64,000 bases of DNA from Cryomorphaceae bacterium (lineage in GTDB: Bacteria > Bacteroidota > Bacteroidia > Flavobacteriales > Schleiferiaceae). The stretch spans positions 9,093-73,092 of the forward strand of contig JAHEKP010000001.1 in NCBI GenBank assembly GCA_024638285.1, in the 5' to 3' direction. The notes beneath the pieces were generated by a model. It made no database searches. It saw only the letters and a program-made list of their open reading frames with translations, and was not told the DNA's origin. How positions within the stretch are numbered: the first letter of the stretch is position 1; the number at the start of each line of letters is the position of its first letter. Positions 29,053 through 39,903 of this stretch are shown in pieces. A program made the position numbers and the translations under genes.

Positions 29053-30204
29053 ATGAGAATTCAACTCAGTGATGAGCGCCAGGAAATGCTCGAAATGGTG
29101 CGTCAATCGGCCAAAGATTTTGCAGAGAAAAACATACGACCTAATGTCATGGAGTGGGATGAGAGTCAGCACTTTCCTGTTTCCTTGTTTAAGGAGATGG
29201 GCGCGCTTGGATTCATGGGCGTTTTAGTTCCTGAAGAATATGGGGGCGCTGGTCTTAGCTATCAGGAATACATCACTATCATTGACGAAATCGCCCAAGT
29301 TTGTGGTTCAATAGGGCTTTCTGTTGCTGCGCATAATTCACTTTGTACAGGCCATATTTTGCAGTTTGGTACGGAAGCGCAAAAGAAGAAATGGTTACCT
29401 AAGTTAGCTACCGCTGAATGGATTGGCGCTTGGGGACTCACCGAGACGGGTACAGGTTCTGATGCAGGTGGTATGGATACTACTGCTGTATTAGATGGCG
29501 ATCACTACGTGTTGAACGGTTCGAAAAATTGGATTACTCATGCTATTAGTTCTGAAATCGCTGTAGTCATTGCGCGAACAGGCGAAAAAGGTGATTCACA
29601 TGGAATGACCGCATTTGTAGTAGAGAAGAGTACCCCAGGTTTTACCGCTGGACAAAAAGAAAATAAATTGGGCATGCGCGCCTCAGAGACGGCTTGTTTA
29701 TTCTTTGATCAATGCCGTGTACCTAAAGAAAATATTTTGGGTAAGGTTGGAGACGGTTTTATTCAAGCCATGAAGATATTAGATGGAGGACGTATTTCAA
29801 TTGCCGCACTTTCCGTTGGAATTGCCCGCGGAGCAATGAATGCGGCTATCAGCTATGCAGATGAAAGGGTTCAGTTTGGCAAAAAAATTCGCTCGTTTCA
29901 AGGGGTAAGTTTTAAACTCGCGGAAATGTCAACTAAGGTCTATGCAGCAGAGTTGATGACTCGGCATGCGGGTGCTTTAAAGGAAGAAGGTAAACCCATG
30001 ACACAGGAAAGTGCCATGGCTAAATTGTACGCTTCGGAGATTTCAACAGAAGTAGCCAATGAAGCCGTTCAGGTATTTGGTGGTTACGGCTATACGAAGG
30101 ATTACCCTGTTGAGAAATTTTATCGTGATTGCAAGTTGTGTACCATTGGTGAGGGCACTTCTGAAATTCAAAAAGTGGTTATTTCGAGAAATCTATATCG
30201 ATAA
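29053..30204 (+). CDS. Acyl-CoA dehydrogenase
   Basis: [62 protein letters not shown]. Confidence 0.95.
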   Translation: MRIQLSDERQEMLEMVRQSAKDFAEKNIRPNVMEWDESQHFPVSLFKEMGALGFMGVLVPEEYGGAGLSYQEYITIIDEIAQVCGSIGLSVAAHNSLCTGHILQFGTEAQKKKWLPKLATAEWIGAWGLTETGTGSDAGGMDTTAVLDGDHYVLNGSKNWITHAISSEIAVVIARTGEKGDSHGMTAFVVEKSTPGFTAGQKENKLGMRASETACLFFDQCRVPKENILGKVGDGFIQAMKILDGGRISIAALSVGIARGAMNAAISYADERVQFGKKIRSFQGVSFKLAEMSTKVYAAELMTRHAGALKEEGKPMTQESAMAKLYASEISTEVANEAVQVFGGYGYTKDYPVEKFYRDCKLCTIGEGTSEIQKVVISRNLYR

Positions 30205-30333
30205 TTTCTTTCCACCGCAGCGCTTGCTGCAATATTTGACATGCTCCCAATCTCGTTCCCATTTTTTGCGCCATGTGAAGGGTCTACCGCACGTGGCGCA
30301 AACTTTTTCGGGCAGGTGTTGTTTCTTATGCAT
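30193..30333 (-). CDS. DUF2256 small Cys-rich protein (46 aa)
   Basis: [39 protein letters not shown]. It lies within track ORF 30193..30501; true start taken as ATG 30333. Confidence 0.9.
   Translation of the reverse strand: MHKKQHLPEKVCATCGRPFTWRKKWERDWEHVKYCSKRCGGKKLSI
30300..30324 (+). promoter_or_regulatory. ECF-type motif AAAC-N16-TGTTT inside DUF2256, facing TIGR03643
   Basis: AAAC TTTTTCGGGCAGGTGT TGTTT. Confidence 0.45.
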
Positions 30334-30340
30334 AACTATA

Positions 30341-30366
30341 AAACGATTGCACACATTGAAAGGTTC
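30341..30366 (-). promoter_or_regulatory. ECF-type motif GAAC-N17-CGTTT upstream of DUF2256
   Basis: Minus strand GAAC CTTTCAATGTGTGCAAT CGTTT, ending 7 nt before the ATG. Confidence 0.55.
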
Positions 30367-30649
30367 TGCCGTAGTTAAAAAACTTACCGAAAGAGAAGTT
30401 GATCGGATTGTCGAAATGGCTTGGGAAGATCGAACACCTTTCGATGCTATTACTGCCCAATTTGGGATTTCAGAAGCTGAAACTATTGCACTCATGCGCA
30501 ATCAAATGAAGCCAAAATCATGGCGCATGTGGCGTGCTCGGGTTCAAGGGCGTGGAACCAAGCATATTGCAAAACGAGACTTTGAAGTAGGCCGTCATAA
30601 GTGTAGTCGTCAACGCGCTATCTCATTTAATAAGATTTCCAAGCGATAA
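30356..30649 (+). CDS. TIGR03643/DUF2805 family protein
   Basis: [50 protein letters not shown]...RQRAIS.NKISKR. No upstream ATG; start is probably TTG 30347 or 30356. Confidence 0.85.
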   Translation: MKGSAVVKKLTEREVDRIVEMAWEDRTPFDAITAQFGISEAETIALMRNQMKPKSWRMWRARVQGRGTKHIAKRDFEVGRHKCSRQRAISFNKISKR

Positions 30650-30773
30650 TTTCCTCTATATACATCTTGTTAATCAGTGACTTACGTCGTTCGCTCATTG
30701 TTCGTAAGCCATTGAGTGAAACGCTTTTTTCGCATTAAAAAATGCCTTATTTTCGGTGTTCAACCTGACTATT

Positions 30774-33700
30774 ATGAAATTGAAACGTTTTCTAGCCATT
30801 GCAGTGCTTTCCTTGATGTCTTTCCAAGGGTTTGCTTCGCACCTTCTGGGTGGTGAGATTGTATGGAAATGTAAACCTAACGGCAAGTACCAGTTTACGC
30901 TCGTTCTTTACCGCGAGTGTGGAGGTATAACGTTGCCAACTTCAGCACAATCTTTAGCTACAAATGCCGGAGTAAGTATTTCCTGTGCTTTCATCAGTAC
31001 TACGGATGTTGTCCCTTCGTGTTACACAGGTACGACTTCATGTTCTGGGGCAACTTCTGGAACGGGTAAAATGCAGAAATATGTCTATCGCTCAGGAGAT
31101 ATCACGTTAACTGGAACGCCTCCTGCATCAGGTTGGTACTTTACTTGGAGTAGCTGCTGTCGCCCTAGCTCGATCTCAAATGTTGTGAGTCCAGGAGGAG
31201 CAAGTTATCTATTGCGTGCTATCATGTATCCTTACACTCCACCTGGTGCTACTGGGCCGCTTTCTGCCGGAACAGCCGCAAACCCTACCTGTTTCGATAG
31301 TTCGCCAAACTTTTTAGAAGATCCTCAAGTAATTTCATGTACAGGTGTCGATGTAGTGTACAATAATTTGGGCTACGATCCAGATTTAGATTCGTTATAT
31401 TACAACTGGTCATACCCTTGGGATGCATCGTCTTATTCCGCAAACCCATCGACCAATTCAGTAAATTTCGTTTCAGGTTATTCATGGAACAGTCCTCTAC
31501 CTAGTGGTTCAACATCTACACCCGCTTCTATAGACGGTGAAACCGGAGAGGTAACGTTCAATTCCGGTGTAGCCGGTTCTTGGGCGACTTGTGTTGTCAT
31601 TGAAGAGTGGCGTTGTGGACAGAAAGTAGGTGAGGTATATAGAGATATCCCCATTGTAACCCTTTCTTGCACGCCGCCTACAGGTTTGTGTTCTTCTGCC
31701 TTTGTAGATGAGGCGCCGGACATGTCATTGACTCCGGATAATTCCTTAATGAATGCGACCGTGTTAACGCCAGTGACTAATTCAGCTGGTGATACTATTT
31801 ATTATTACACAGAAGTCTTTCCAGGAGATACTGTTCGTTTTAAAATCACAGCATCTGATGCCTATCCAAACCCAAACTGTTCTTCTCAAGACATACAGTT
31901 TAGCGCATCTGGTGGTAATTTAAGTTCAGCAGCAAACTATGGTAATGCCAATTCTTGTTTGTTTAATCCACCTTGTGCAACGCTTACCTCTTTAAATCCC
32001 GGTGGTGTATTCACTTATCCAGGATTGAACGATGCTCAATTTAACTGGAACATTACGTGTGACCACCTCTTTTACCAAGAGTACCAATGTGGGACACTAA
32101 AATCAGAATATTCGTTCTACCTGCGAATGCAGGATGATCAATGTCCTATCAACCGCTTTTCCTACAAGAAGGTGGTGGTAAAGGTGAAAAACTACATGCC
32201 GGGCATGCCCAATGTTGATAACACCTGTATCCAACAAGACGATCTCGGTGTCACTTTTGATTGGGTAGCTAACCCAGATACCGGTTTTAATTGGGACTTC
32301 TACGTCATCAATCATATTGATACCTTAGGCAATACTACTATTGTAGATACCATTTATGATTGGGCTACCCAGACCTATACTCATACAGGAGCTGATCCCA
32401 ATGCTGTAAATGGATACACTATTCAAGTCGGAGGGGGATGTGGACTTTTATCAGATCCTACACCGGTTTTACAAAACATACGTGTTGCTTTGCAAGCATT
32501 TCCGCCACCTCCAAACTCATCTATTGCACAAATCGATTGGAACTCCTGGATGCGCGGAAACGACTCTACCGCATACGATATTTGGGTTGAGGCACCCATT
32601 AATTCAGGGAATTGGACCCAATTAGGGACGACTATGGATACAACCTGGACGGACACTGTTGCCTTTTGTGGTGAGTGGTTAAATTACCAAGTGCGCTATG
32701 GTGCTACTTGTGTAAGTTCTTCCGACAGCGGATTCTTCTCAGATAAAACACCACCTGCTCCAATAGTTTTTGATAGTGTAACGGTTGCAGGCGGTAATTT
32801 AGCGGCAATGTCTTGGCAAGCCTCTTCGGATAGTGATGTGGTATACTACCGCATTTACAGAAGAGATAACTCAGGCTTCTTACAACCAGTAGATTCTATT
32901 CTCGCGTCAGATTATGCGACTTCAATGCCGTACATCTATCAGTTATCCAATGCGGAAAACGAAAGTGAAGAGTACGTTATCACTGCAATTGATAGTTGTG
33001 GAAACCAAAGTAGTGTCGGGAATACCGTTCCATCAAGCACTATCTACCTTTTCTTAGGAATTGATCCATGTGATGGATACGCCCGTATTCGCTGGAATAC
33101 ATATAAAACGTGGACGCAGACTCAGCCAAAGGAATACAATCTGTACTGTGATATTACCGATCCATTAGGAGGAGTTCTCTCGGGTGTACTTTTAAAGGGA
33201 GGTACGTTAGATACCACGTTCAATCACTACGGCATCATCAATGGATATACATATTGTTACTATGTACGCGCCGTGGACACGACGGGAACCATCACAAGTA
33301 CATCGAATAAGATTTGTAATAGCTCAGCTGTGGTTCAAGGATCAAAAGTGCTGTACTTAGGTAGAGCTTCTGTAACCTCTCAGAACGGTATTGATCTTTA
33401 TGCTTATATCGATAAGGATGCAGATGTGATCGATTATCAAATCCAGCGTGCCGATGCGGAAATTGGTCCCTATTTGACCATAGGTAATGTTGCTAAGCCT
33501 ACTTTAGGTCCGTGGGAAGTGAAGTTTTTAGATTACACTGCAGATCCTATGAATAGAAAGTACTTCTATCGTATTGCTTCGCGCGATTCATGTGGTGCTT
33601 TAGACACCTTGTCGAATCTAGGAACGAACATACTGTTAAATGTAGAAGCAATAGGTAATCTTTCGAACACGCTTACTTGGACGCATTATAGAGAATTTGA

Positions 33701-34217
33701 TGCAGGTGTAGAAGAGTACAAGATTTATAGGTCCATTGATGGTGGATCATCGTATTCTTTAGCCGCAACAACAACAGATTCAGTATATAATGATGATATC
33801 AAGCCTTATTCCAATTCTAAAGGTAAATTCTGTTATTATATAAAGGCCATTGCGAAAGACGGTGTCATCCCGTGGCGCGATGAATTTGGCGAGAAATTTA
33901 ATGCTCGTTCAAACGAGGCTTGTGCTGTGCATAAAGCACGTCTCTGGGTCCCGAGCGCATTTAGTCCAAATTCCGATGTGCTTGAAAACAGAAAGTGGAA
34001 GCCGCAAGGTGTATTTGCAAGGCCAGATAGCTACACGTTATTCATCATGAACCGTTGGGGACAAGAGGTATTTAGAACCAATGATCTAAACGAAAGTTGG
34101 GATGGGAAGGTGAACGGTGACTTAGCCGCTATTGGGGTTTATACCTATTACATTAAGTATAGAAGTATTGAGGATGTTCCTATCGAGGAACGTGGAACCT
34201 TTACCTTACTGAACTAA
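30774..34217 (+). CDS. T9SS type B (gliding-motility-associated C-terminal domain) large surface protein
   Basis: Signal peptide with the ASHLLGGEI N-terminus, FN3-like repeats, and a C-terminal WVPSAFSPN...N..W...IMNRWGQEVF...WDG...GVYTY...RGTFTLL. TATTTTCG -7-like box at 30748-30755. Confidence 0.88.
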   Translation: MKLKRFLAIAVLSLMSFQGFASHLLGGEIVWKCKPNGKYQFTLVLYRECGGITLPTSAQSLATNAGVSISCAFISTTDVVPSCYTGTTSCSGATSGTGKMQKYVYRSGDITLTGTPPASGWYFTWSSCCRPSSISNVVSPGGASYLLRAIMYPYTPPGATGPLSAGTAANPTCFDSSPNFLEDPQVISCTGVDVVYNNLGYDPDLDSLYYNWSYPWDASSYSANPSTNSVNFVSGYSWNSPLPSGSTSTPASIDGETGEVTFNSGVAGSWATCVVIEEWRCGQKVGEVYRDIPIVTLSCTPPTGLCSSAFVDEAPDMSLTPDNSLMNATVLTPVTNSAGDTIYYYTEVFPGDTVRFKITASDAYPNPNCSSQDIQFSASGGNLSSAANYGNANSCLFNPPCATLTSLNPGGVFTYPGLNDAQFNWNITCDHLFYQEYQCGTLKSEYSFYLRMQDDQCPINRFSYKKVVVKVKNYMPGMPNVDNTCIQQDDLGVTFDWVANPDTGFNWDFYVINHIDTLGNTTIVDTIYDWATQTYTHTGADPNAVNGYTIQVGGGCGLLSDPTPVLQNIRVALQAFPPPPNSSIAQIDWNSWMRGNDSTAYDIWVEAPINSGNWTQLGTTMDTTWTDTVAFCGEWLNYQVRYGATCVSSSDSGFFSDKTPPAPIVFDSVTVAGGNLAAMSWQASSDSDVVYYRIYRRDNSGFLQPVDSILASDYATSMPYIYQLSNAENESEEYVITAIDSCGNQSSVGNTVPSSTIYLFLGIDPCDGYARIRWNTYKTWTQTQPKEYNLYCDITDPLGGVLSGVLLKGGTLDTTFNHYGIINGYTYCYYVRAVDTTGTITSTSNKICNSSAVVQGSKVLYLGRASVTSQNGIDLYAYIDKDADVIDYQIQRADAEIGPYLTIGNVAKPTLGPWEVKFLDYTADPMNRKYFYRIASRDSCGALDTLSNLGTNILLNVEAIGNLSNTLTWTHYREFDAGVEEYKIYRSIDGGSSYSLAATTTDSVYNDDIKPYSNSKGKFCYYIKAIAKDGVIPWRDEFGEKFNARSNEACAVHKARLWVPSAFSPNSDVLENRKWKPQGVFARPDSYTLFIMNRWGQEVFRTNDLNESWDGKVNGDLAAIGVYTYYIKYRSIEDVPIEERGTFTLLN

Positions 34218-34237
34218 TTGTTAAAATATTATGAATA

Positions 34238-34268
34238 TAGCACGGGCGACCAAAGGTCGCCCGTGCTA
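34238..34268. terminator. Perfect 14-bp GC-rich hairpin after the T9SS-B gene (probable terminator or stabiliser)
   Basis: TAGCACGGGCGACC-AAA-GGTCGCCCGTGCTA; lacks a clear U-tract. Confidence 0.5.
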
Positions 34269-34316
34269 GTTCGTAGAAATTGCTTAATTTTGGGCGCAAT
34301 TCAAATCGGAATTGCC

Positions 34317-35789
34317 ATGTCTTACAACAACGATAAAGTTCTAGGTCTAGGACTTACTTACGACGACGTACTCTTAGTACCTAATTATTCTGAAGTTCTA
34401 CCGCGCGATGTGGATTTATCTTCTAGGTTCTCTAAGAACATTGGGATGAAAACACCTATTGCAAGTGCCGCAATGGATACGGTTACTGAAAGTGCAATGG
34501 CCATAGCAATTGCTCAGGAAGGTGGAATTGGTGTGATTCATAAGAACATGACTATTGAGCAGCAAGCTGTTGAGGTGCGTAAGGTTAAACGCGCGGAGAG
34601 CGGGATGATTTTAGATCCTGTGACACTTACAAAAGACGCTACTGTTCGAGATGCAAATGCGATGATGGCAGAGTTTCGGATTGGTGGCATCCCCGTTGTA
34701 AATGAAAATAGAGAGCTCATAGGCATCGTGACAAATCGTGATTTGCGCTTTGAGAAGGATAATGACCGCCTTATTAGTGAAGTAATGACTAAGGATAACC
34801 TTGTTACGACTAAACCAAACGGCAGTATGGACGAGGCGGAATCTATGTTGCAAGAGCATAAAATAGAGAAGTTGCCAGTAGTTGACGATCAAAACAAACT
34901 AGTGGGGCTTATTACCTATCGTGATATCACGAAAATAAAGATCAAGCCAAATGCCAATAAGGATGAATTTGGTCGTTTACGGGTTGCCGCGGCCGTTGGG
35001 GTTACACAAGATGTTGTTGACCGCGTTACAGCCCTAAATGAGAGTGGGGTTGACGCTGTAATCATTGATACTGCCCACGGTCATACCAAAGGCGTAGTAG
35101 AAGCCCTTCAACGAGTGAAAGCTAAGTTTCCTAATTTAGATGTAGTTGTTGGTAATATTGCGACTCCTGAGGCTGCACTGTATTTAATGGAAGCCGGAGC
35201 AGATGCTGTTAAGGTGGGAATTGGTCCAGGTTCTATTTGTACTACGCGTATCGTAGCGGGTGTTGGTTTTCCTCAATTGAGTGCCGTTATGGAAATAGCA
35301 AAGGCCATTGACAATAGAATTCCAGTTATTGCTGATGGTGGCATCCGTTTTACAGGAGATATTGTTAAAGCGCTTGCAGCAGGCGCAGATTGCGTAATGT
35401 TGGGATCTATGTTTGCTGGGACAAAAGAAAGTCCTGGTGAAACCGTCATTTACGAAGGGAGAAAATACAAGACTTACAGAGGAATGGGCAGCGTCGAAGC
35501 GATGACTGACGGTTCTAAAGACCGCTATTTCCAAGATGTTGAGGATGATGTAAAGAAATTGGTTCCGGAAGGTATCGTGGGACGAGTGCCTTACAAAGGT
35601 GAAGTCAGTGAGGTCATGTACCAGTTTATTGGTGGATTACGCGCCGGTATGGGCTATTGTGGATCAAAGGACATTCCAACTTTGAAGGAATCGGCCAGAT
35701 TTATACAAATTACGGCGGCTGGGATGCAAGAAAGTCATCCGCACAACGTAAGTATTACAAGAGAAGCACCTAATTACAGTAGAAGATAA
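34317..35789 (+). CDS. guaB: IMP dehydrogenase
   Basis: [22 protein letters not shown] pair, [33 protein letters not shown] -7 box at 34285-34292; start reset to ATG 34317. Confidence 0.98.
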   Translation: MSYNNDKVLGLGLTYDDVLLVPNYSEVLPRDVDLSSRFSKNIGMKTPIASAAMDTVTESAMAIAIAQEGGIGVIHKNMTIEQQAVEVRKVKRAESGMILDPVTLTKDATVRDANAMMAEFRIGGIPVVNENRELIGIVTNRDLRFEKDNDRLISEVMTKDNLVTTKPNGSMDEAESMLQEHKIEKLPVVDDQNKLVGLITYRDITKIKIKPNANKDEFGRLRVAAAVGVTQDVVDRVTALNESGVDAVIIDTAHGHTKGVVEALQRVKAKFPNLDVVVGNIATPEAALYLMEAGADAVKVGIGPGSICTTRIVAGVGFPQLSAVMEIAKAIDNRIPVIADGGIRFTGDIVKALAAGADCVMLGSMFAGTKESPGETVIYEGRKYKTYRGMGSVEAMTDGSKDRYFQDVEDDVKKLVPEGIVGRVPYKGEVSEVMYQFIGGLRAGMGYCGSKDIPTLKESARFIQITAAGMQESHPHNVSITREAPNYSRR

Positions 35790-35790
35790 A

Positions 35791-37737
35791 ATGATGAAGA
35801 AATTGTTATGGATGGCCCTAGTTTTTGTGGGCGTACAATCGAATGCTCAAGAAGTATTGTTTACTGTTGGAAATCAAAGTGTAACTACTGAAGAGTTTAA
35901 AGCAGTATATGAGAAAAATAAAGGTGTTGGGGCTGCTTTAGATCCTAAAACACCTGAAGAGTATTTAGAGCTTTACATCAATTTTAAATTGAAAATTGCT
36001 GAGGCCTATGCACAGCAACGGGATACCGCAGCAAGTTTTAAAAGTGAGTTTGGTGGGTATCGTGCGCAATTAGCAAAGCCGTACTTAAGTGATCAAGGTG
36101 CTGAAAAAGAGCTTGTTGAGCAAGCTTATTCAAGAATGAAAGAAGAGGTGCGTGCTGCACACATTATGATTGCACTTGAGGCAAATGCGCTTCCTTCTGA
36201 TACCTTAAAGGCATATCAGCAATTGTTGGATTTACGCAATTCGATTTTATCGGGAAAAACTAAATTCGAGGATGCTGCGCGCGAGACGAGCGCGGACACT
36301 TGGAGCGCAAAAAATGGCGGAGATTTAGGTTACTTCACGGTCTTTAATATGGTCTATCCGTTTGAATCAGCAGCGTACGAATTGGAAGTTGGTAATTTGT
36401 CCAAACCTGTTCGCAGCCAGTATGGCTACCATTTAGTTAAATTATTGGACCGTCGTCCCGCGAGCGGCGCGGTACGTGTGCGTCATATTTTCTTTGCATC
36501 TAATGGAAAATCGTCGTTGCAAGAGCAGCAACGTGCAGAACGTAGTGCAAAAGAGATCTATAGTCGACTAGAGAGTGGTGAGGATTTTATTTCCCTACTA
36601 GAGTTTAGTGAAGATCGCAAGACAAAAGATACCATGGGTGAACTTCCTGAATTTGGTATCAATAAAATGATGCCTGCATTTGAAGAAGCCGCTTTTGCTC
36701 TGGAGGCACCTGGTGATTATTCTGCACCAGTAGAAACCAGTATAGGTTGGCACGTGATCCAATTGATTGAAAAAAAGCCGCTACCGTCTTTTGATGATAT
36801 GAAGTCTGAACTTTCAAAAAAAGTAAAAAGGGATACTAGAAGTAGAGTGGGTGCTACACGATTCATGAAGCGTTTGAAGTCAGAGTATAACTTTACAATA
36901 GACGAACGTTGGTTGGGTCGCACCATGAACCTTGTGGATAAAAATGCCTTTGGCACCGGACAATGGGAACTGCCAACTCTATCTCGTGATCGCGTGGTTG
37001 CTACGTTTGCTTCTGAGAAGATTTACCAAAGTGAGGTACTCGAATTTTGGTCGAAGAACCAGAGACAGGACAATGAAGCGGTTCGTGTAGAATTCTTAAG
37101 AGTGCTTTTCAATATGCACGCGAACGATCGCATGATTGCTTATGAAGATGGACAATTGGAATTGAAGCATGCGGATTTTAGAAACTTAGTTCGTGAGTAT
37201 AAAGAAGGAATTCTTTTGTTTGATCTCACACAAGATGCTGTTTGGAACAAAGCTGCTAAGGATACTGCTGGTATTGCGAAGCATTACGAGTTGATCAAAG
37301 ATCAATTCCGCTGGGAAGACCGCGTTCTTGCCACTTATTGGGTGAGCAGCGATGAAAAATTGGCTAAAAAAATTGCAAAATGGACCGCAAAAGGAAGATC
37401 GGAGAAAGTTCAAGAATTATTGCAAGATGAAGATGCTTTAAGTGTTGCGGTACAAAACGGAACGTATCAGCGTGAAGATAATTCGGTAATTGAAGCCCTA
37501 TGGCAACAAGAGGCTGGTGTTTTTGGCCCTGTCCAGCTTGATAACGGCAGCTTTGGCGTAGTGCAGATTAATGAATTCATTCCAAGCGCACCTAAAGCGT
37601 TGAATGAGATCAAAGGGTTGGTCATAGCGAGTTATCAAGATGTACTTGAGAAGGAATGGATAAGTGCCTTAAAAGAAAAATTTGAGGTACAGGTGAGCGA
37701 GGAAGCTAAAGCAGTTCTTATTCGCGAATTGCGTTAA
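35791..37737 (+). CDS. Peptidylprolyl isomerase (SurA/PrsA-like, two parvulin domains)
   Basis: Signal peptide; EVRAAHIM, GGDLGYF..F.MVYPFE, PVRSQYGYHLVK, second parvulin domain (PVETSIGWHVIQ). Confidence 0.9.
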   Translation: MMKKLLWMALVFVGVQSNAQEVLFTVGNQSVTTEEFKAVYEKNKGVGAALDPKTPEEYLELYINFKLKIAEAYAQQRDTAASFKSEFGGYRAQLAKPYLSDQGAEKELVEQAYSRMKEEVRAAHIMIALEANALPSDTLKAYQQLLDLRNSILSGKTKFEDAARETSADTWSAKNGGDLGYFTVFNMVYPFESAAYELEVGNLSKPVRSQYGYHLVKLLDRRPASGAVRVRHIFFASNGKSSLQEQQRAERSAKEIYSRLESGEDFISLLEFSEDRKTKDTMGELPEFGINKMMPAFEEAAFALEAPGDYSAPVETSIGWHVIQLIEKKPLPSFDDMKSELSKKVKRDTRSRVGATRFMKRLKSEYNFTIDERWLGRTMNLVDKNAFGTGQWELPTLSRDRVVATFASEKIYQSEVLEFWSKNQRQDNEAVRVEFLRVLFNMHANDRMIAYEDGQLELKHADFRNLVREYKEGILLFDLTQDAVWNKAAKDTAGIAKHYELIKDQFRWEDRVLATYWVSSDEKLAKKIAKWTAKGRSEKVQELLQDEDALSVAVQNGTYQREDNSVIEALWQQEAGVFGPVQLDNGSFGVVQINEFIPSAPKALNEIKGLVIASYQDVLEKEWISALKEKFEVQVSEEAKAVLIRELR

Positions 37738-38582
37738 TGGTAAAGCAAATCTTCATAGGGCTTGTTGCACTTGCATCAGTAGCGTGTGTTTCTAATGGGA
37801 CAGCGGAACCGGATGTATTGGCGGAATTGGGTAATAAAAAGCTGTTAGTAGAAGATATAGCACATCATTTGCCCAAGGCAGGGGAGATGAATGCGGCAGA
37901 TAGCACTTCATTAGTTAACCGTTTAGTGCGTCAATGGGCTGAAAATGAACTGTTAGTTGAGGCGGCGGAGTTTAATTTACAAGCGGAATTGGCCGATTTT
38001 ACCGAGCTCGTCAAGCAGTATCGAAATGATTTGCTGAAACATGCGTATATCGATGGTTATGTGGGTCAACATTTAGACACTACCATTACTTCTGATCAAA
38101 TTCAAGAATACTACGATCAAAACTTGAGTAATTTCGAACTCAAAGAAAGTATCGTTCAAGCATTTTATGCTGCGGCGCCACTAAAGGCCCAGAAAACGCA
38201 AGAGGCGAAGCGCTGGTTTTTGTCCGAACGTTACCAGGATAAATATTTGGATTGGGCAGAAGTATTTGTGACGAAACAAAGCAATTATGGGGATTCAGCT
38301 TGGGTACCGATGATGGATTTCCTTGAAGAAATTCCCCTAGAATCGAACAATCCGTATAACTATTTAAATAGAAGAAAAAGATTTACATGCGAAGACACGG
38401 CAATGGTGTATTTTGTGCAGGTAAATGCCCTTCGGATAAAGGACAGTTATAGTCCACTTCCTTATGTTGAGGAACGCATTAAGAAAGTACTGTTGAACAA
38501 GCGTCGACTGACGCTCATAGAGCAGATTGAAGAAAATATTATTAAACATGCAATTGAAGAAGGCGCACTTATTATACACTAG
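37737..38582 (+). CDS. Lipoprotein of the guaB-surA cluster (PPIase-associated)
   Basis: Lipobox ASVA-C; DS..LV...V.QWA..ELL, I.EYY..N..NF.LKE, PL.YVEERIK.VLLNKR. Confidence 0.75.
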   Translation: MVKQIFIGLVALASVACVSNGTAEPDVLAELGNKKLLVEDIAHHLPKAGEMNAADSTSLVNRLVRQWAENELLVEAAEFNLQAELADFTELVKQYRNDLLKHAYIDGYVGQHLDTTITSDQIQEYYDQNLSNFELKESIVQAFYAAAPLKAQKTQEAKRWFLSERYQDKYLDWAEVFVTKQSNYGDSAWVPMMDFLEEIPLESNNPYNYLNRRKRFTCEDTAMVYFVQVNALRIKDSYSPLPYVEERIKKVLLNKRRLTLIEQIEENIIKHAIEEGALIIH

Positions 38583-39903
38583 TTTATTCGCATTACTCAC
38601 TGTTTTTGCGAGTGCTCAACCTCAAACAGTCGATGGTGTAGCAGCCATTGTAGGGGGGGATGTCATTCTTAAAAGCGATATTGATGAGCAGTACGATGTT
38701 TTTAATCGTCAGAACTTTGGTAAACCGGTGACGTATTGTGAAGTATTTGAAGAATTATTATTTCAAAAACTACTCATACACCATGCTGCGATAGATTCCA
38801 TATCTGTAGGGGAGGAAGAGGTAGAGTCGAACATGGACCGCCGGATTCAGCAGTTGATTATGCAAATGGGAGATCAGAAGAAATTAGAAGATTTCTATGA
38901 AAAATCAGTTGTGGAAATCAAAGAAGACATGCGTACGCTTATTAAAGAACAACTGACCGCACAACGTATGCAGATGACTGTTGTTGAGGGTATTGAAGTA
39001 ACGCCGTCCGAGGTTCGAGAATACTATGAAAACTTACCGGAAGACAGTATTCCACTGATCAGTGCTGAAGTAGAATTGAGTCAGGTGGTTAAATTCCCTG
39101 AATTGTCTGATGAAGCGGAGCAGGAAGTGATTTCGAAGTTAAAAGAGCTTAAGGGAAGAATAGAAAACGGAACATCGTTCTCTTCAATGGCAATTCTCTA
39201 CAGTGAGGATCCAGGTTCGAATAAGAAAGGCGGGGAATACCAAGGTATTCAGCGTGGTGTGTTCGTGAAGGAGTTTGAGGCGGTCGCCTTTAATCTGCGC
39301 AAAGGAGAAATCAGTGATCCATTCAAGACTGAATTTGGTTACCATATTGTTCAGTTGTTGGAGAAGCGTGGTGAAGAGTTGGACCTTAGACATATTCTCA
39401 TCAAACCCAAGTTGACGCAAGAGAACCTGCAAGAAGCAAAGAATTTTTTAGACAGTATTAGTGTTGCAATAGCGAATGGTGAAATGACTTTTGAAGAAGC
39501 TTCTAGACGTTTTAGCGATGATGAACAAACACGATTTAACGGAGGACAGATGAGTAATTTTCAAAGTGGTAATAATAAGTTTGAAGTGTCTCAGCTGGAT
39601 CGTGGTCTCTTTGGTTTAATGAATACAATAGAAGAAGGCGAAATTTCAGAGGCATCGTTCTACCGTACAGAGGATCAGCGAGAAGCGTTTCGTATTGTTC
39701 GTTTGGATGCGAAATATGAGCCACACAAAGCTAATCTAGATCTAGACTTCACTCGAATTAAAGGATTCGCTCTTCAGCAAAAACAGGCAAAAACGGTGGA
39801 AGAGTGGAAAAATGAAAAATTGGCAGATACATTCGTAAAGATAAACGAGGGCTATTTCGATTGTGCTGAAGCGTTGAATTCATGGAATAGTAATAATGAC
39901 TAA
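38548..39903 (+). CDS. surA: SurA-like peptidylprolyl isomerase/chaperone
   Basis: VDGVAAIVGGDVILKSD, YSEDPGS, GEISDPFKTEFGYHIVQ, LRHILI. Confidence 0.8.
   Translation: MQLKKAHLLYTSLFALLTVFASAQPQTVDGVAAIVGGDVILKSDIDEQYDVFNRQNFGKPVTYCEVFEELLFQKLLIHHAAIDSISVGEEEVESNMDRRIQQLIMQMGDQKKLEDFYEKSVVEIKEDMRTLIKEQLTAQRMQMTVVEGIEVTPSEVREYYENLPEDSIPLISAEVELSQVVKFPELSDEAEQEVISKLKELKGRIENGTSFSSMAILYSEDPGSNKKGGEYQGIQRGVFVKEFEAVAFNLRKGEISDPFKTEFGYHIVQLLEKRGEELDLRHILIKPKLTQENLQEAKNFLDSISVAIANGEMTFEEASRRFSDDEQTRFNGGQMSNFQSGNNKFEVSQLDRGLFGLMNTIEEGEISEASFYRTEDQREAFRIVRLDAKYEPHKANLDLDFTRIKGFALQQKQAKTVEEWKNEKLADTFVKINEGYFDCAEALNSWNSNND

Noticed and set aside
30059..30355. N-terminal half of the 196-aa track ORF 30059..30649
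   Set aside because: It overlaps the acyl-CoA dehydrogenase and the antisense DUF2256 gene; only the C-terminal ~97 aa match TIGR03643.
34238..34268. Perfect hairpin as a REP or MITE element
   Set aside because: I saw a single copy in the window and no target-site duplication; its position fits a terminator or stabiliser.
34218..34316. Longer track starts for guaB (and similarly accC, bcp, ettA, sucC, TIGR02757)
   Set aside because: The extensions run through hairpins, promoter boxes or neighbouring genes; downstream ATGs match the family N-termini.
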